A DNA stretch of 64,000 nt from Christensenellales bacterium (GCA_050952545.1 JBMNLD010000002.1:240705-304704); one strand, 5' to 3'; numbered from the stretch's first letter, positions 1-9,954 are shown. The notes: generated by a model not told the origin, from the sequence alone. Translations and numbers: made by a program.

Positions 1-2
1 TA

Positions 3-3000
3 ACGATACAGATAAACGCGGCGATACTCGGGAATGTATTCCTGCAACACAGCGCGCTTGTAAATGTCGCGTCTAATCTTTCGTACAGCGCGTCTCAACC
101 TTACGCGGTCGGCGGTATACTGTACGCGACCTCGGGAGTTACGGTAGGCAACAACTCCAGGATAGGCGGCGCGGTCAGCTGTTACAGCGGCAATATATCC
201 ATAGGCTCGAATTCCGCGGTAGGCGGCGACATTGTCACGGATATGACTTACGGCGGCAGCGTAACGCTTGGCTCTAACTCGCCCGTAGGCGGAAGCATAG
301 GCGTCAGGATGAATGTAACCACAGGCTCGGGGTCTACGGTTGCTGGGAATGTGTATTCCAAATCGGGCGCAATTAACCTCAATGCGAATGTGTCGGGCAG
401 CGTGTACGCGCCGAATTCGTTTACGACGGCTGACAATGTGACGATAGGCGGCAACTTAAAGACGAATAGTACGGGACTGATTACGATAAGGGGGTCGGTA
501 TACGGCAATGTATACGCTAACGGACCTTTGACGATTTCAGCGGCGTCCGGCTCGGGCGGCGCGAGGAGAATTGGCACGAGCGGCATTACTAATTCGATAA
601 GGTGCAACGGCGCGTTAACGGTTGATTACAGATATAATCTGTATTGCAATATTAATAATACGACCGGAAACATCACAATAGGGAGTTCGTCATACAACGC
701 CAACACCGTTCAGGGCAGCATCGAATGCCCGAACGGAACATTGACCGTATACGGCTCGGTAACGGGTACGGTAAGGACTTGGAATCAGACCAAGGTAACG
801 GGCAATATCGGCGGCAATCTCTATGTATTCAGCGATGGTACCAAGACGGTCGAGGCTATGGGTACGGTCAGCGGCAACGCTTATGTAAAAGGTGTTTTCC
901 ATCAATACGGAACAATCGGCGGCTCAATGAAATTGGACGGCGGATATGTACCGCATAATATCTATACATTTAATGGAGGTCTTGCTCTAAGTGGAGACCT
1001 GACTCTGGACTTTACTAACCATTACGGTCAGCTGGGTACTAACGGTTACGATATTAATGTAACGGGCACCTTAACCATACTCGTCAACAGTTCCTATTAT
1101 GTAAATGTATACGGAAGAGTTATTTGTAAGAGATTAAGAGTTAATTATACGGGCTCGGATACGGTAATAATGAATTACTCGACGATACAAGGGTGGACTG
1201 GCAGAGGCAGAACGACGGTAAGATTTTACAACGATGTGCATGTAACTGAGAACGCGTATGCGCTCGGCGCGACTTTCTACGGTCAGACCTCTAACGGCAC
1301 CGGCTCTTCGGTATATGTGGGTAGACACCTTGCCGCAAGGGATTGTAATTTCTACGCAAGAGGCTGGACTTCGGTTAGCAATATCGCGACAAGCACATCT
1401 TACGGCTCGCTTTCCGTAGGTTACAAGGTAACTACTTCAACTGGCGCTTCCGCGGGCGACAACGGCTCGTTCGTAGCTCAAGGCTGCTCTGTATACAGCA
1501 GGACACAGATAAAGGGCAATGTATATCTGTTGCAATGCACGACGGCAGGCTCCGAGACAAATAACGCGACGCATAAGATATGCCATTATATAGGCGGCAA
1601 TCTGAAGCTGGACGGGACGACCATGCAGTCCAAAGACGCGGCAAACGATGATTATCCCGACTGGGATACGCTGACAATAGTAAACGGCAATTGCACGCTT
1701 GTAAATTCATCCAATATCGGCGAAGGCGGCTGGCTGAACAGAGGTCCGAATAACGCCTCGTACGAAGGGTTATTCGTTCAGGGCAATTTATCGCTGAGCA
1801 GTAACAGCAGAATACATCTCGACACCAAGATTGTAGGCTCAACGGGCGGAGGCGGCACTATACAGGTCGCGAACTCCTGGTACAGATTCTTAAGCGGCAC
1901 CAAGTATTGGGCGGGACACTATTCGGGTTCAGAGTCGGGAATTACCGTTAATGTATATAACAGACCGCAACATAATGACGACTCCGGAGTATACGAGCCT
2001 AACGCTACCACATTGGCAGGCAAGACCTGGTGCGGCCAGATGACGGGATCGGCGGGCGCGGGCTGCGGCAACGGGCCTTTAACGCCGTCTGCAACAGGAA
2101 TTAGCTCGCAATCAGGCTCGGCACCGACAATTTATTCTGTATCTGTAACGGCGCCTACATATGTAAACGGCACGCATACGACAGCTTCAGCGGCGGGAGC
2201 CCCGAGTATATCCGCTACATCGGTGTCTTCGATAAGCGCTCCCGGTCAAGTGACGATTTCTCCCGAATCCGAGGCATATTCGAGAACCTCCGCTTCATCG
2301 TATATCGCAACGCCTCATAACGCAACATCCGCATCGGCTGTCAGCACGGTAACCATATCGTTCAGCAGCGCAAAGAAGCCCGCGGACGCGTACAGGTGGA
2401 AGAATCCGCTTGATTTGTGGCCGGGATTAAATACTACCGCGACTGTAACCAAGCACAGTGAATCTAAAGTAACACACACAGCCTGGATATGGACTTGTTA
2501 TAGCAGCGGCGTAATGTCGGGAAGCGAATGGGGCTCTAAGATTGAGACGGGGTCTAACTGGGCAGGTATCGCGGACGAAGTGCATTTGAGATTTGAGACG
2601 GGCGGTCAGGATCTGCATGTCGTAATGCCGCAGAATTATATGTTTAATACCTGGGGTGACGACGATAACACGATAGAGGTCAGAGGCAGCGGCAGAGTGT
2701 TCATATATATGATGGGCAACAACGGCATATATATGGACGACGGCGAGCATTTAGGCACGCCTAATTACGAATCAACGGGCCCCAGACTTTTCTTTATCGG
2801 AATCGGCGGCAATAACAATATGGTCCTAAGAAGAGTGCATTGCCGTATGACGGTGTATATGCCTCACGGAAGAACGGCTCCCGGAAGACAAGGCATTAAC
2901 GGAATAACATTCAAAACGGATAAGGTCAACGAGCAGGATATGTGCGGCATAGTGGTCGCGGATAATGTAAGGTACGAGCAAGAGGACGGTAAAGGTCAGT

Positions 3001-3140
3001 ACTTGTTCAGAAAAGCGGGATTGCCTTCGACAATTCACAATTTCAACGGCGCGTCCAGAACCCTTAACTATTTCCTTGAAGCGCCCGGGACGACAAACGC
3101 GAATTTCGACTGGACCTTGGACGGCACTATATATAATTAA
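3..3140 (+). CDS. 5'-truncated giant Gly/Ser/Thr/Asn/Tyr-rich repeat protein (beta-helix-like), candidate pilus-associated adhesin. The frame is open back to the window edge at nt 3.
   Basis: No stop in frame from nt 3, and no RBS at the first ATG (243). Repeats of GNVY/GSVY/GNLK motifs. Followed 10 nt later, with an RBS, by the pseudopilin genes. Confidence 0.55.
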   Translation, partial: TIQINAAILGNVFLQHSALVNVASNLSYSASQPYAVGGILYATSGVTVGNNSRIGGAVSCYSGNISIGSNSAVGGDIVTDMTYGGSVTLGSNSPVGGSIGVRMNVTTGSGSTVAGNVYSKSGAINLNANVSGSVYAPNSFTTADNVTIGGNLKTNSTGLITIRGSVYGNVYANGPLTISAASGSGGARRIGTSGITNSIRCNGALTVDYRYNLYCNINNTTGNITIGSSSYNANTVQGSIECPNGTLTVYGSVTGTVRTWNQTKVTGNIGGNLYVFSDGTKTVEAMGTVSGNAYVKGVFHQYGTIGGSMKLDGGYVPHNIYTFNGGLALSGDLTLDFTNHYGQLGTNGYDINVTGTLTILVNSSYYVNVYGRVICKRLRVNYTGSDTVIMNYSTIQGWTGRGRTTVRFYNDVHVTENAYALGATFYGQTSNGTGSSVYVGRHLAARDCNFYARGWTSVSNIATSTSYGSLSVGYKVTTSTGASAGDNGSFVAQGCSVYSRTQIKGNVYLLQCTTAGSETNNATHKICHYIGGNLKLDGTTMQSKDAANDDYPDWDTLTIVNGNCTLVNSSNIGEGGWLNRGPNNASYEGLFVQGNLSLSSNSRIHLDTKIVGSTGGGGTIQVANSWYRFLSGTKYWAGHYSGSESGITVNVYNRPQHNDDSGVYEPNATTLAGKTWCGQMTGSAGAGCGNGPLTPSATGISSQSGSAPTIYSVSVTAPTYVNGTHTTASAAGAPSISATSVSSISAPGQVTISPESEAYSRTSASSYIATPHNATSASAVSTVTISFSSAKKPADAYRWKNPLDLWPGLNTTATVTKHSESKVTHTAWIWTCYSSGVMSGSEWGSKIETGSNWAGIADEVHLRFETGGQDLHVVMPQNYMFNTWGDDDNTIEVRGSGRVFIYMMGNNGIYMDDGEHLGTPNYESTGPRLFFIGIGGNNNMVLRRVHCRMTVYMPHGRTAPGRQGINGITFKTDKVNEQDMCGIVVADNVRYEQEDGKGQYLFRKAGLPSTIHNFNGASRTLNYFLEAPGTTNANFDWTLDGTIYN

Positions 3141-3150
3141 GGAGGGACCT

Positions 3151-3543
3151 ATGAGCAAGATTAAAAAAATCCTGAAAAGCAAAAAAGGCTTTACACTCGT
3201 TGAAGTGCTGGTTTCCATTGCTCTGCTCGGGCTTGTTCTTCCTTTAACATTCGAGCTTTTCAGCCTCGGACATAAGACAATGGTAAGATCCGCAAGAAAT
3301 ATCGAAAGCAGCAACGAGGTCTCGTACAATATTAACTCAAACGGCAGAGTGGACGGTACTTCGGGTATTTTTACCGACCCGGACATTCATAATAAATCCG
3401 GTAAAATTTCGTATAGAATATATCTCGTTACATCGGATAATCCTTCGGGATCTGAAATAATGCCTTTAAGGGGAAATGTCAATGTTATATATTCCGGCAA
3501 GCAACAAGGAGATGTAATATACTATAAATATAAGAAGTCTTAA
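3151..3543 (+). CDS. Minor pilin or pseudopilin with a prepilin-type N-terminal cleavage/methylation domain
   Basis: N-terminus KKGFTLVEVLVSIALLG. RBS aaggaggga ends 4 nt before the ATG at 3151. The ORF-track start at 3076 overlaps the upstream gene and looks spurious. Confidence 0.75.
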   Translation: MSKIKKILKSKKGFTLVEVLVSIALLGLVLPLTFELFSLGHKTMVRSARNIESSNEVSYNINSNGRVDGTSGIFTDPDIHNKSGKISYRIYLVTSDNPSGSEIMPLRGNVNVIYSGKQQGDVIYYKYKKS

Positions 3544-3544
3544 T

Positions 3545-4126
3545 ATGAAGATAAGAAATAAAAGAGGAATTACCTTAGTTGAGTTAATAATCGCCATGGC
3601 TTTGACAGTAATGATACTTGCCGCGTCCACGGCGATGATCAATCCTCTTTATTCATTTTACGGCGACAGCCTTAAAAAAGCTAAAGCCATCAAAGTATCC
3701 GGTCTTATAGAGAAAAGATTAAAAGAAATTGTTCCCTCTATGGATAATGAAGTATTTGTAGCTACTTCTGTTCTTTCGCATTCGGGTACGGATTATTGGT
3801 ATATTTACAATGAGAGCAACATAGTTAAATTAAGATTTAATAATACGCAGAAAGAATTTCTTGAAACGGCGGATTATCAGGGCTTTAATGTGGAAATGAG
3901 CATTCACGCCAAAAGGAAATCTCTCGGCGCCAGTTATGATACATATTACAGGATTCTGGTATTTACCATTAAAGTAAAGTACGGATCGGATGTGCTTATT
4001 ACAAGAAATGTGTCTATATACTTAAATCTGTTAACGGGTAGCGAAACCATAAAAGTAAACGGCGGAGCTACTCCCGTAGAAACAACAGCGTACAAGTCGG
4101 TAAAATTTAAGGCAAATCTGGAATAA
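3545..4126 (+). CDS. Minor pilin or pseudopilin with a prepilin-type N-terminus
   Basis: N-terminus KRGITLVELIIAMALTVMILA. Start sits 1 nt after the upstream stop. Confidence 0.7.
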   Translation: MKIRNKRGITLVELIIAMALTVMILAASTAMINPLYSFYGDSLKKAKAIKVSGLIEKRLKEIVPSMDNEVFVATSVLSHSGTDYWYIYNESNIVKLRFNNTQKEFLETADYQGFNVEMSIHAKRKSLGASYDTYYRILVFTIKVKYGSDVLITRNVSIYLNLLTGSETIKVNGGATPVETTAYKSVKFKANLE

Positions 4127-4127
4127 T

Positions 4128-4910
4128 ATGGAATTACTAAATATTTTTTTGATCATCACTTTTTCGTTAACAGGGTTATTTACGGGCAGTTTTCTCAATG
4201 TATGCATATATAGAATCCCGAGAGGCAATTTCTTTGAAAGCAATCGCTCGTATTGTCCTAATTGTCATACGACGCTTAACTGGTACGAGCTTGTGCCGAT
4301 ATTCAGCTATATTTTCTTAAAGGGCAGATGCAGGACTTGTAAAGAGCAGATCTCGGCAAGATACCCGCTTGTCGAATCGGCGAATATGATATTATGGTTA
4401 TTGGCGTATTTAAGATTCGGCTTGACATTCTATACAATTCTAGTCGTAGTTCTTTTCTCGATTTTAATAGTGATGTCAATGATTGATATTGATATTAAAG
4501 AAATCCCGAACGGCATTATTCTTGCGATAATAGCGCTCGGGTTATTGACTTTTATATCTAGCGACGCGTTTCTTTCTCGTGATAATTTCCTGGATGTGCT
4601 GTTCGATAAGGGCATAGGTTTTCTTATAATGAGCGTACCTTTCCTGATTATCGGCATTATAACGGGCGGTATCGGCGGCGGAGATATCAAGCTGCTTGCA
4701 GCTATGGGTTTATTCTTGGGAATCAAATTAATAGTTCTCGGCGGCCTGCTCGGCGTGGTAATAGGAGGGCTGGTTGCGGTAGCGCTGTTGATATTCAAAA
4801 GAGCGGGAAGAAAAACCGAAATGCCATTAGGGCCTTCTCTTGCTTTAGGCTTTGTTATAGCGACATTATACGGCGTTAATATTATCGACTGGTATACGGC
4901 GCTATTTTGA
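4128..4910 (+). CDS. pilD: Prepilin peptidase (A24 family) with an N-terminal tetracysteine zinc domain
   Basis: CPNCHTTL...CRTCKEQI zinc motif. GGGDIKLLAAMG catalytic-region motif. Polytopic membrane protein. Confidence 0.85.
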   Translation: MELLNIFLIITFSLTGLFTGSFLNVCIYRIPRGNFFESNRSYCPNCHTTLNWYELVPIFSYIFLKGRCRTCKEQISARYPLVESANMILWLLAYLRFGLTFYTILVVVLFSILIVMSMIDIDIKEIPNGIILAIIALGLLTFISSDAFLSRDNFLDVLFDKGIGFLIMSVPFLIIGIITGGIGGGDIKLLAAMGLFLGIKLIVLGGLLGVVIGGLVAVALLIFKRAGRKTEMPLGPSLALGFVIATLYGVNIIDWYTALF

Positions 4911-4979
4911 TACAATATTAATAATCCGAATATTATGTTTTTCATACAATTATGGCATTTTTTGTAGCATTAATTGCTC

Positions 4980-5008
4980 TTGACAAAGCAATATAATGTC
5001 ATTATAAT
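4980..5008 (+). promoter_or_regulatory. Consensus sigmaA promoter TTGACA-17-TATAAT upstream of pilB
   Basis: TTGACA at 4980-4985, a 17-nt spacer, TATAAT at 5003-5008. RBS tggagg lies at 5031. Confidence 0.6.
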
Positions 5009-5040
5009 TATTATTTGAGAGTATATAATTTGGAGGCTTT

Positions 5041-6729
5041 ATGAGTTCGTTAAAATTAGGTCAAATACTACTTAAAAGAGGTCTTGTGTCTCCCGAGCAC
5101 CTCAAAGAAGCTCGTGAAATTCAGCAGAAAGATCCTACATTAAGCCTCGCAGAAGTGCTCATTTCGATGAATGTTACTTCTGAAGAAAATATTCTGTCCG
5201 CGCTGGCCGAGAGAATGGGTGTTCCTATGCTGGACGGCGGCATTTACATAACGGATACGGATGTTATTAAGTTAGTTCCCGAGAAATTAGCCAGAAAATA
5301 CCAGATATTACCTTACAAAATTGACAGAGGTAGGCTTGTGGTCGCAATCCGCGACCCGTCTAATATCGTGGTCGCCGAAGACCTCAAAATGGCGTCCGGA
5401 AAGGAAATCGGCTTTGTACTTGCGACAAGCAAGAGCATAGGCGAGGGCATCGAAAAGTATTACGCTTCCGCTACCGCGCAAAAGATTGCCCAGGGCGCGG
5501 AATTCGAAAAAGAAGAAGAGATAATCAAGCGTAATGAAGAGATAGGCGATATCGACACCCGCGTCGAAAACGCGCCCATTGTTAAGCTGCTTAATACTCT
5601 TATTCAGCAGGCGTATCTCAGAAAATCTTCAGATATACATATAGAGCCTTTTAAGGATACCGTTATTATCCGAATGAGGGTTGACGGCGATCTGGTCGAG
5701 TATTTGAGAATTACGCCGGTAGCGCACAGGAACTTGATTACGAGAGTAAAAATTCTTGCCTCGATGAACATTGCCGAGAAGAGAATTCCTCTTGACGGCA
5801 GATTTGAGCATTCATTCGACGGTATTTCCGTCGATATCCGTGTGTCCACGCTTCCTACAACATACGGCGAAAAGGCGGTTTTACGACTTTTGGGAACGGC
5901 GCTCGGTAAAGACATTTCATTAAAAGACCTCGGTATGACAGAACTAAATGTCAAGAAATTTACCAGAATTTGTAAGGCGCCTAACGGAATTGTTCTCGTT
6001 ACGGGACCTACGGGAAGCGGTAAATCAACGACTCTTTATACGATTTTGCAAGAGATTAATACCCCGAATGTCAATGTAACCACGGTTGAAGATCCCGTCG
6101 AGAAAAAAGTCCACGGATTAAACCAGGTACAGGTTAACAATAAAGCGGGATTGACATTCGCATCCGCGTTAAGGTCTATACTTCGTCAAGACCCGGATAT
6201 AGTTATGATCGGTGAGATTCGTGACTATGAGACCGCAGAGATTGCGACCAGAGCCGCTATTACGGGTCACTTGGTTCTATCAACGCTTCACACCAACGAC
6301 TCCGTCGCGACAATCGCGCGTCTTCTCGATATCGGTATCGCTCCTTACCTCTGCGCTGCGTCAATTAACGGAATTGTCGCCCAGCGACTCGTTAAGCTGT
6401 TATGCCCTAAATGCAAAAAGCTCGAACAGACAACATCAATTCAGCATAAAATACTCGGCGATGATTCAATCAATCAAGCATATACCGCGGTAGGCTGCCC
6501 GTCTTGCGGATATACCGGGTATTACGGACGAACCGCTATTCACGAAGTACTCGAAATTGACATGAAAATGCGTGAAATGATATCCAAAAATGCCGGCTCC
6601 GAACGAATAAGAGAATATGCTATAAATGATACCGATACGGTGTTTATGGCAGATAACATTAAGCAGTTAATCAAAGACGGCAAGACCTCGATTCAGGAAT
6701 ATATGAGAGTTATTTACACTGTTTATTAA
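5041..6729 (+). CDS. pilB: Type IV pilus/T2SS assembly ATPase (GspE/PilB family)
   Basis: Walker A GPTGSGKSTT. C-terminal tetracysteine CPKC...CPSCG. N-terminal GspE_N-like region. Confidence 0.9.
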   Translation: MSSLKLGQILLKRGLVSPEHLKEAREIQQKDPTLSLAEVLISMNVTSEENILSALAERMGVPMLDGGIYITDTDVIKLVPEKLARKYQILPYKIDRGRLVVAIRDPSNIVVAEDLKMASGKEIGFVLATSKSIGEGIEKYYASATAQKIAQGAEFEKEEEIIKRNEEIGDIDTRVENAPIVKLLNTLIQQAYLRKSSDIHIEPFKDTVIIRMRVDGDLVEYLRITPVAHRNLITRVKILASMNIAEKRIPLDGRFEHSFDGISVDIRVSTLPTTYGEKAVLRLLGTALGKDISLKDLGMTELNVKKFTRICKAPNGIVLVTGPTGSGKSTTLYTILQEINTPNVNVTTVEDPVEKKVHGLNQVQVNNKAGLTFASALRSILRQDPDIVMIGEIRDYETAEIATRAAITGHLVLSTLHTNDSVATIARLLDIGIAPYLCAASINGIVAQRLVKLLCPKCKKLEQTTSIQHKILGDDSINQAYTAVGCPSCGYTGYYGRTAIHEVLEIDMKMREMISKNAGSERIREYAINDTDTVFMADNIKQLIKDGKTSIQEYMRVIYTVY

Positions 6730-6756
6730 TAAAAATTTACAATATTAAGAAGTTTT

Positions 6757-6785
6757 AGGCAGGCTTTAAGCCTGTCTTTATTATT
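6757..6785 (+). terminator. Rho-independent terminator after pilB
   Basis: Hairpin aggcaggctt/aagcctgtct followed by ttattatt. Confidence 0.5.
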
Positions 6786-6838
6786 GGTATTGCAAATATG
6801 GCAATGTTATAATATAATAAAAGTGTACGGAGGATAAA

Positions 6839-7273
6839 ATGAATAAGTTATTACATCAAAGAAAAGGCTTTACGCTGATTGAAATAATCGTTGTAATCGC
6901 TATTCTTGGTATTCTCGCAGCTGTATTAACACCTGCCATAAAGGCTTATTATGTAAAGGCCAGAGAAGCTAAAGCCGATACGGAAATAAAAAGGGTGATG
7001 AGGTTTTGTAAAATTATTATTACCGATATGGACACTCAGAATTATGATTTTATGAATGTGACTGCGGAGGACTTGAATCAGCAATTAATCGATCAATTAA
7101 AATCTAAATATAATTTAGACATTATTTATCAATCTCCTAACGCCGAGGCTAAAGACGACTGTATAAGTATAGACTTTGATATTTCAACTTTCGAATTGAC
7201 GGTCAGCTATTATGAAGGCACGGATTTGTTTATGTCCGATAAAGATGATTACGAATATCTGATCAGAGAATAA
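6839..7273 (+). CDS. Type IV pilin (prepilin-type N-terminus)
   Basis: N-terminus KGFTLIEIIVVIAILGILAAV. RBS ggagg 8 nt upstream. Confidence 0.75.
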   Translation: MNKLLHQRKGFTLIEIIVVIAILGILAAVLTPAIKAYYVKAREAKADTEIKRVMRFCKIIITDMDTQNYDFMNVTAEDLNQQLIDQLKSKYNLDIIYQSPNAEAKDDCISIDFDISTFELTVSYYEGTDLFMSDKDDYEYLIRE

Positions 7274-7401
7274 TTGATTAAGATTGTCTTGTATTAACTG
7301 AATATGAACATTTTTTTACAATGCGCACGAGCGGCGCATTTATCCTTTACAATAATATACAAAAAATGATAAAATACGGAGTATTGTTATAGGAGGCCAG
7401 T

Positions 7402-7608
7402 ATGGCGTTTGTCATTATCAAAAACGATTTATGCAAAGGTTGCGGATTGTGCGTAAAAGCGTGTCCGCAGAAAATATTAGCTCTCAGTAAGACCGACACC
7501 AACAAATCGGGATATTTTGTCGTGACAAATATCAATTCCGAAAAGTGCACAGGCTGCGCGGCGTGCGCGATTATGTGTCCCGATGTGGCGCTGGAGGTGG
7601 ATAAATGA
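7402..7608 (+). CDS. 2-oxoacid:ferredoxin oxidoreductase delta subunit (2x[4Fe-4S] ferredoxin)
   Basis: Two CxxCxxCxxxCP motifs: CKGCGLCVKACP and CTGCAACAIMCP. Confidence 0.8.
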   Translation: MAFVIIKNDLCKGCGLCVKACPQKILALSKTDTNKSGYFVVTNINSEKCTGCAACAIMCPDVALEVDK

Positions 7609-8669
7609 GCAAAATACTCATGAAAGGCAATGAGGCAATAGCCGAAGCGGCGATAAGAGGCGGATGCAGGTATTTCTTCGGTTATCCGATTACGCCGCAG
7701 AACGAAATACCCGAATATATGTCAAGGAGATTGCCGGAAGTGAACGGCGTATTCATTCAGGCAGAAAGCGAAGTCAGCGCTATTAATATGGTATACGGCG
7801 CGGCGGGCGCGGGAGGCAGGGCGATGACAAGTTCGTCTAGTCCCGGAATCAGCTTGAAACAAGAGGGAATATCATACATAGCGGGCGCTGAATTGCCTTG
7901 CGTAATCATCAATATGGTCAGAAGCGGCCCCGGACTCGGAGGAATACTTCCTTCCCAAGGCGATTATTTTCAGTCTGTAAAAGGCGGCGGACACGGCGAT
8001 TACAGAATGCTCGTTTACGGTCCGTCCTCCGTTCAGGAAGCGGTTGATTTAATATATGACGCTTTTGATAAGGCGGAGGAGTACAGAATGCCCGTAATGA
8101 TACTCGGCGACGCGATGCTCGGGCAAATTATGGAAGGCGTTACTCTTCCTAAAATGAAAAGTCAAGCGGCTTTTAAGCCTTGGGCGACTACGGGAGAGGG
8201 TTTCGGCGACAGCAGAAGGATTATCAATTCTCTTTACATAAATCCCGACGAACTCGAAGAAGTCAATAAAAGGTTATACCAAAGATACGAAACACTCAAG
8301 GCGAATGAAGTCAAGGTAGAAAAGTATTTAACGGACGATGCCGAGATAATCCTCACCGCGTACGGCTCGGTAGCGCGAATTGCTAAAAGCGCCGTGGAGA
8401 TTTTGAGACAAAAGGGCGTTAAGGCGGGAATGATAAGACCTATAACGCTGTTTCCGTTCCCGTACGACACATATAAAGAATGCGTGACCGCAAAAAGCGT
8501 AAGACACATTCTCGACATAGAGCTTAGTATGGGCGGTCAGATGATAGAGGATGTCAAGCTTGCCGTGTCAGGCGCGGTGCCCGTACTCTATTTAGGCAGG
8601 TCGGGCGGCAATGTAATGACCGACGAGGATATCGTTCACGCCGTTACGGGAGGTATGATAAATGGCTAA
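7605..8669 (+). CDS. 2-oxoacid:ferredoxin oxidoreductase alpha subunit (KOR/VOR/POR family)
   Basis: Alpha-subunit-like sequence, translationally coupled to the delta and beta genes. Confidence 0.8.
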   Translation: MSKILMKGNEAIAEAAIRGGCRYFFGYPITPQNEIPEYMSRRLPEVNGVFIQAESEVSAINMVYGAAGAGGRAMTSSSSPGISLKQEGISYIAGAELPCVIINMVRSGPGLGGILPSQGDYFQSVKGGGHGDYRMLVYGPSSVQEAVDLIYDAFDKAEEYRMPVMILGDAMLGQIMEGVTLPKMKSQAAFKPWATTGEGFGDSRRIINSLYINPDELEEVNKRLYQRYETLKANEVKVEKYLTDDAEIILTAYGSVARIAKSAVEILRQKGVKAGMIRPITLFPFPYDTYKECVTAKSVRHILDIELSMGGQMIEDVKLAVSGAVPVLYLGRSGGNVMTDEDIVHAVTGGMING

Positions 8670-9408
8670 AGTATTTACAAAAAGCGCAGTGCTGACTAAT
8701 AAGCCTTTTCATTATTGTCCGGGATGTTCGCACGGCATAGTGCACCGCCTTATCGCTGAATGTATCGAGGAGCTTAAACAGGAGCGTAATGTAATCGGAG
8801 TTGCGCCAGTCGGTTGCGCGGTATTCGCTTATGATTATTTTAACATTGATATGCAGCAGGCGGCGCACGGAAGAGCGCCCGCCGTTGCGACGGGAATCAA
8901 GAGGGTACATCCCGACAAGCTGGTTTTCGCTTATCAGGGCGACGGCGACCTTGCGAGCATCGGCATGGCGGAGATTGTTCACGCCGCTGCAAGAGGCGAG
9001 AATATAACCGTGATTTTTATCAATAACGCTATTTACGGCATGACGGGCGGTCAAATGGCGCCCACGACCCTTCCGGGTCAGAAGACTACGACCTGCGTAA
9101 AAGGCAGAGTGGAGACTGTTAACGGCAATCCGATAAATGTATCCGAGATGCTCAGCGTCATAAAAGGTCCCGCATATATCGAAAGGGTCTCCACGCATGA
9201 CTTAAAGAGCGTCATAAGAGCAAAAAAAGCGATTAAGAAAGCGTTTAACTATCAGCTTGATAAAAAGGGTTTCACGATGGTCGAGGTGCTGTGCACCTGT
9301 CCTACGAATTGGCGTATGACCCCCGCGCAGGCGGCGGATTATGTAAAAGACGAAATGAGCGGGATATTCCCTCTTGGCGTGTTTTTAGACAAGGAGGCGA
9401 ACAAATGA
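8662..9408 (+). CDS. 2-oxoacid:ferredoxin oxidoreductase beta subunit (TPP-binding)
   Basis: GDGD TPP-binding motif (YQGDGDLASIG) and a Cys cluster near the N-terminus. Confidence 0.8.
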   Translation: MAKVFTKSAVLTNKPFHYCPGCSHGIVHRLIAECIEELKQERNVIGVAPVGCAVFAYDYFNIDMQQAAHGRAPAVATGIKRVHPDKLVFAYQGDGDLASIGMAEIVHAAARGENITVIFINNAIYGMTGGQMAPTTLPGQKTTTCVKGRVETVNGNPINVSEMLSVIKGPAYIERVSTHDLKSVIRAKKAIKKAFNYQLDKKGFTMVEVLCTCPTNWRMTPAQAADYVKDEMSGIFPLGVFLDKEANK

Positions 9409-9941
9409 CTGAGAGAATAATTATTGCGGGATTCGGCGGACAGGGCGTTCTGAGTCTCGGACAGTTTATAGCGTATTCCGCAAATTCCAAAGGTCTATAT
9501 GTTACCTGGCTTCCTTCATACGGTCCGGAAATGAGAGGCGGCACGGCGAATTGCTCGGTAGTAGTGTCCCATAAGCCCGTTGCCTCGCCCGTAATCCCCT
9601 CTCCCGATACGCTGATTGCGATGAATAAGCCCAGCCTGGATAAATTCGTAGGCAAAGTGACCAAAGGCGGACTGATTATAGTTAACAGCTCGCTCATTAC
9701 GGATAATGTGTCAAGAGAGGATGTCAGGGTGTGTTACTTAAACGCAAACGATATCGCCATCCTGTCCGGCAGCGTTAAATGCGCGAATATCGCCGTATTG
9801 GGCGCGTATATCAAGCTGACCGGCATAATCGGCAAAGAAGACGCCCAAAGGGCGATAGAAGAAATATTTAAGGAAAAGCCCAAAGTAATACCCATGAATA
9901 TCGACGCATTTAACAAAGGATACGAAACCGCCGTTATATAA
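9405..9941 (+). CDS. 2-oxoacid:ferredoxin oxidoreductase gamma subunit
   Basis: N-terminus MTERIIIAGFGGQGV. RBS aaggagg is present. The ATG overlaps the beta-gene stop. The longer ORF-track start at 9291 is probably spurious. Confidence 0.75.
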   Translation: MTERIIIAGFGGQGVLSLGQFIAYSANSKGLYVTWLPSYGPEMRGGTANCSVVVSHKPVASPVIPSPDTLIAMNKPSLDKFVGKVTKGGLIIVNSSLITDNVSREDVRVCYLNANDIAILSGSVKCANIAVLGAYIKLTGIIGKEDAQRAIEEIFKEKPKVIPMNIDAFNKGYETAVI

Positions 9942-9954
9942 CGGCGGTTTTTTT
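9925..9954 (+). terminator. Rho-independent terminator overlapping the gamma-subunit stop
   Basis: Stem aaaccgccgtt/aacggcggttt followed by a T7 run. Confidence 0.55.

Noticed and set aside
7347-7550. 67-aa minus-strand ORF overlapping the ferredoxin delta-subunit gene
   Set aside because: It is antisense to a well-supported CxxCxxCxxxCP ferredoxin and has no independent signals.
9291-9404. N-terminal extension of the gamma-subunit ORF (start at 9291)
   Set aside because: The extension overlaps the beta subunit in another frame. A canonical start MTERIIIAGFGGQG with RBS lies at 9405.
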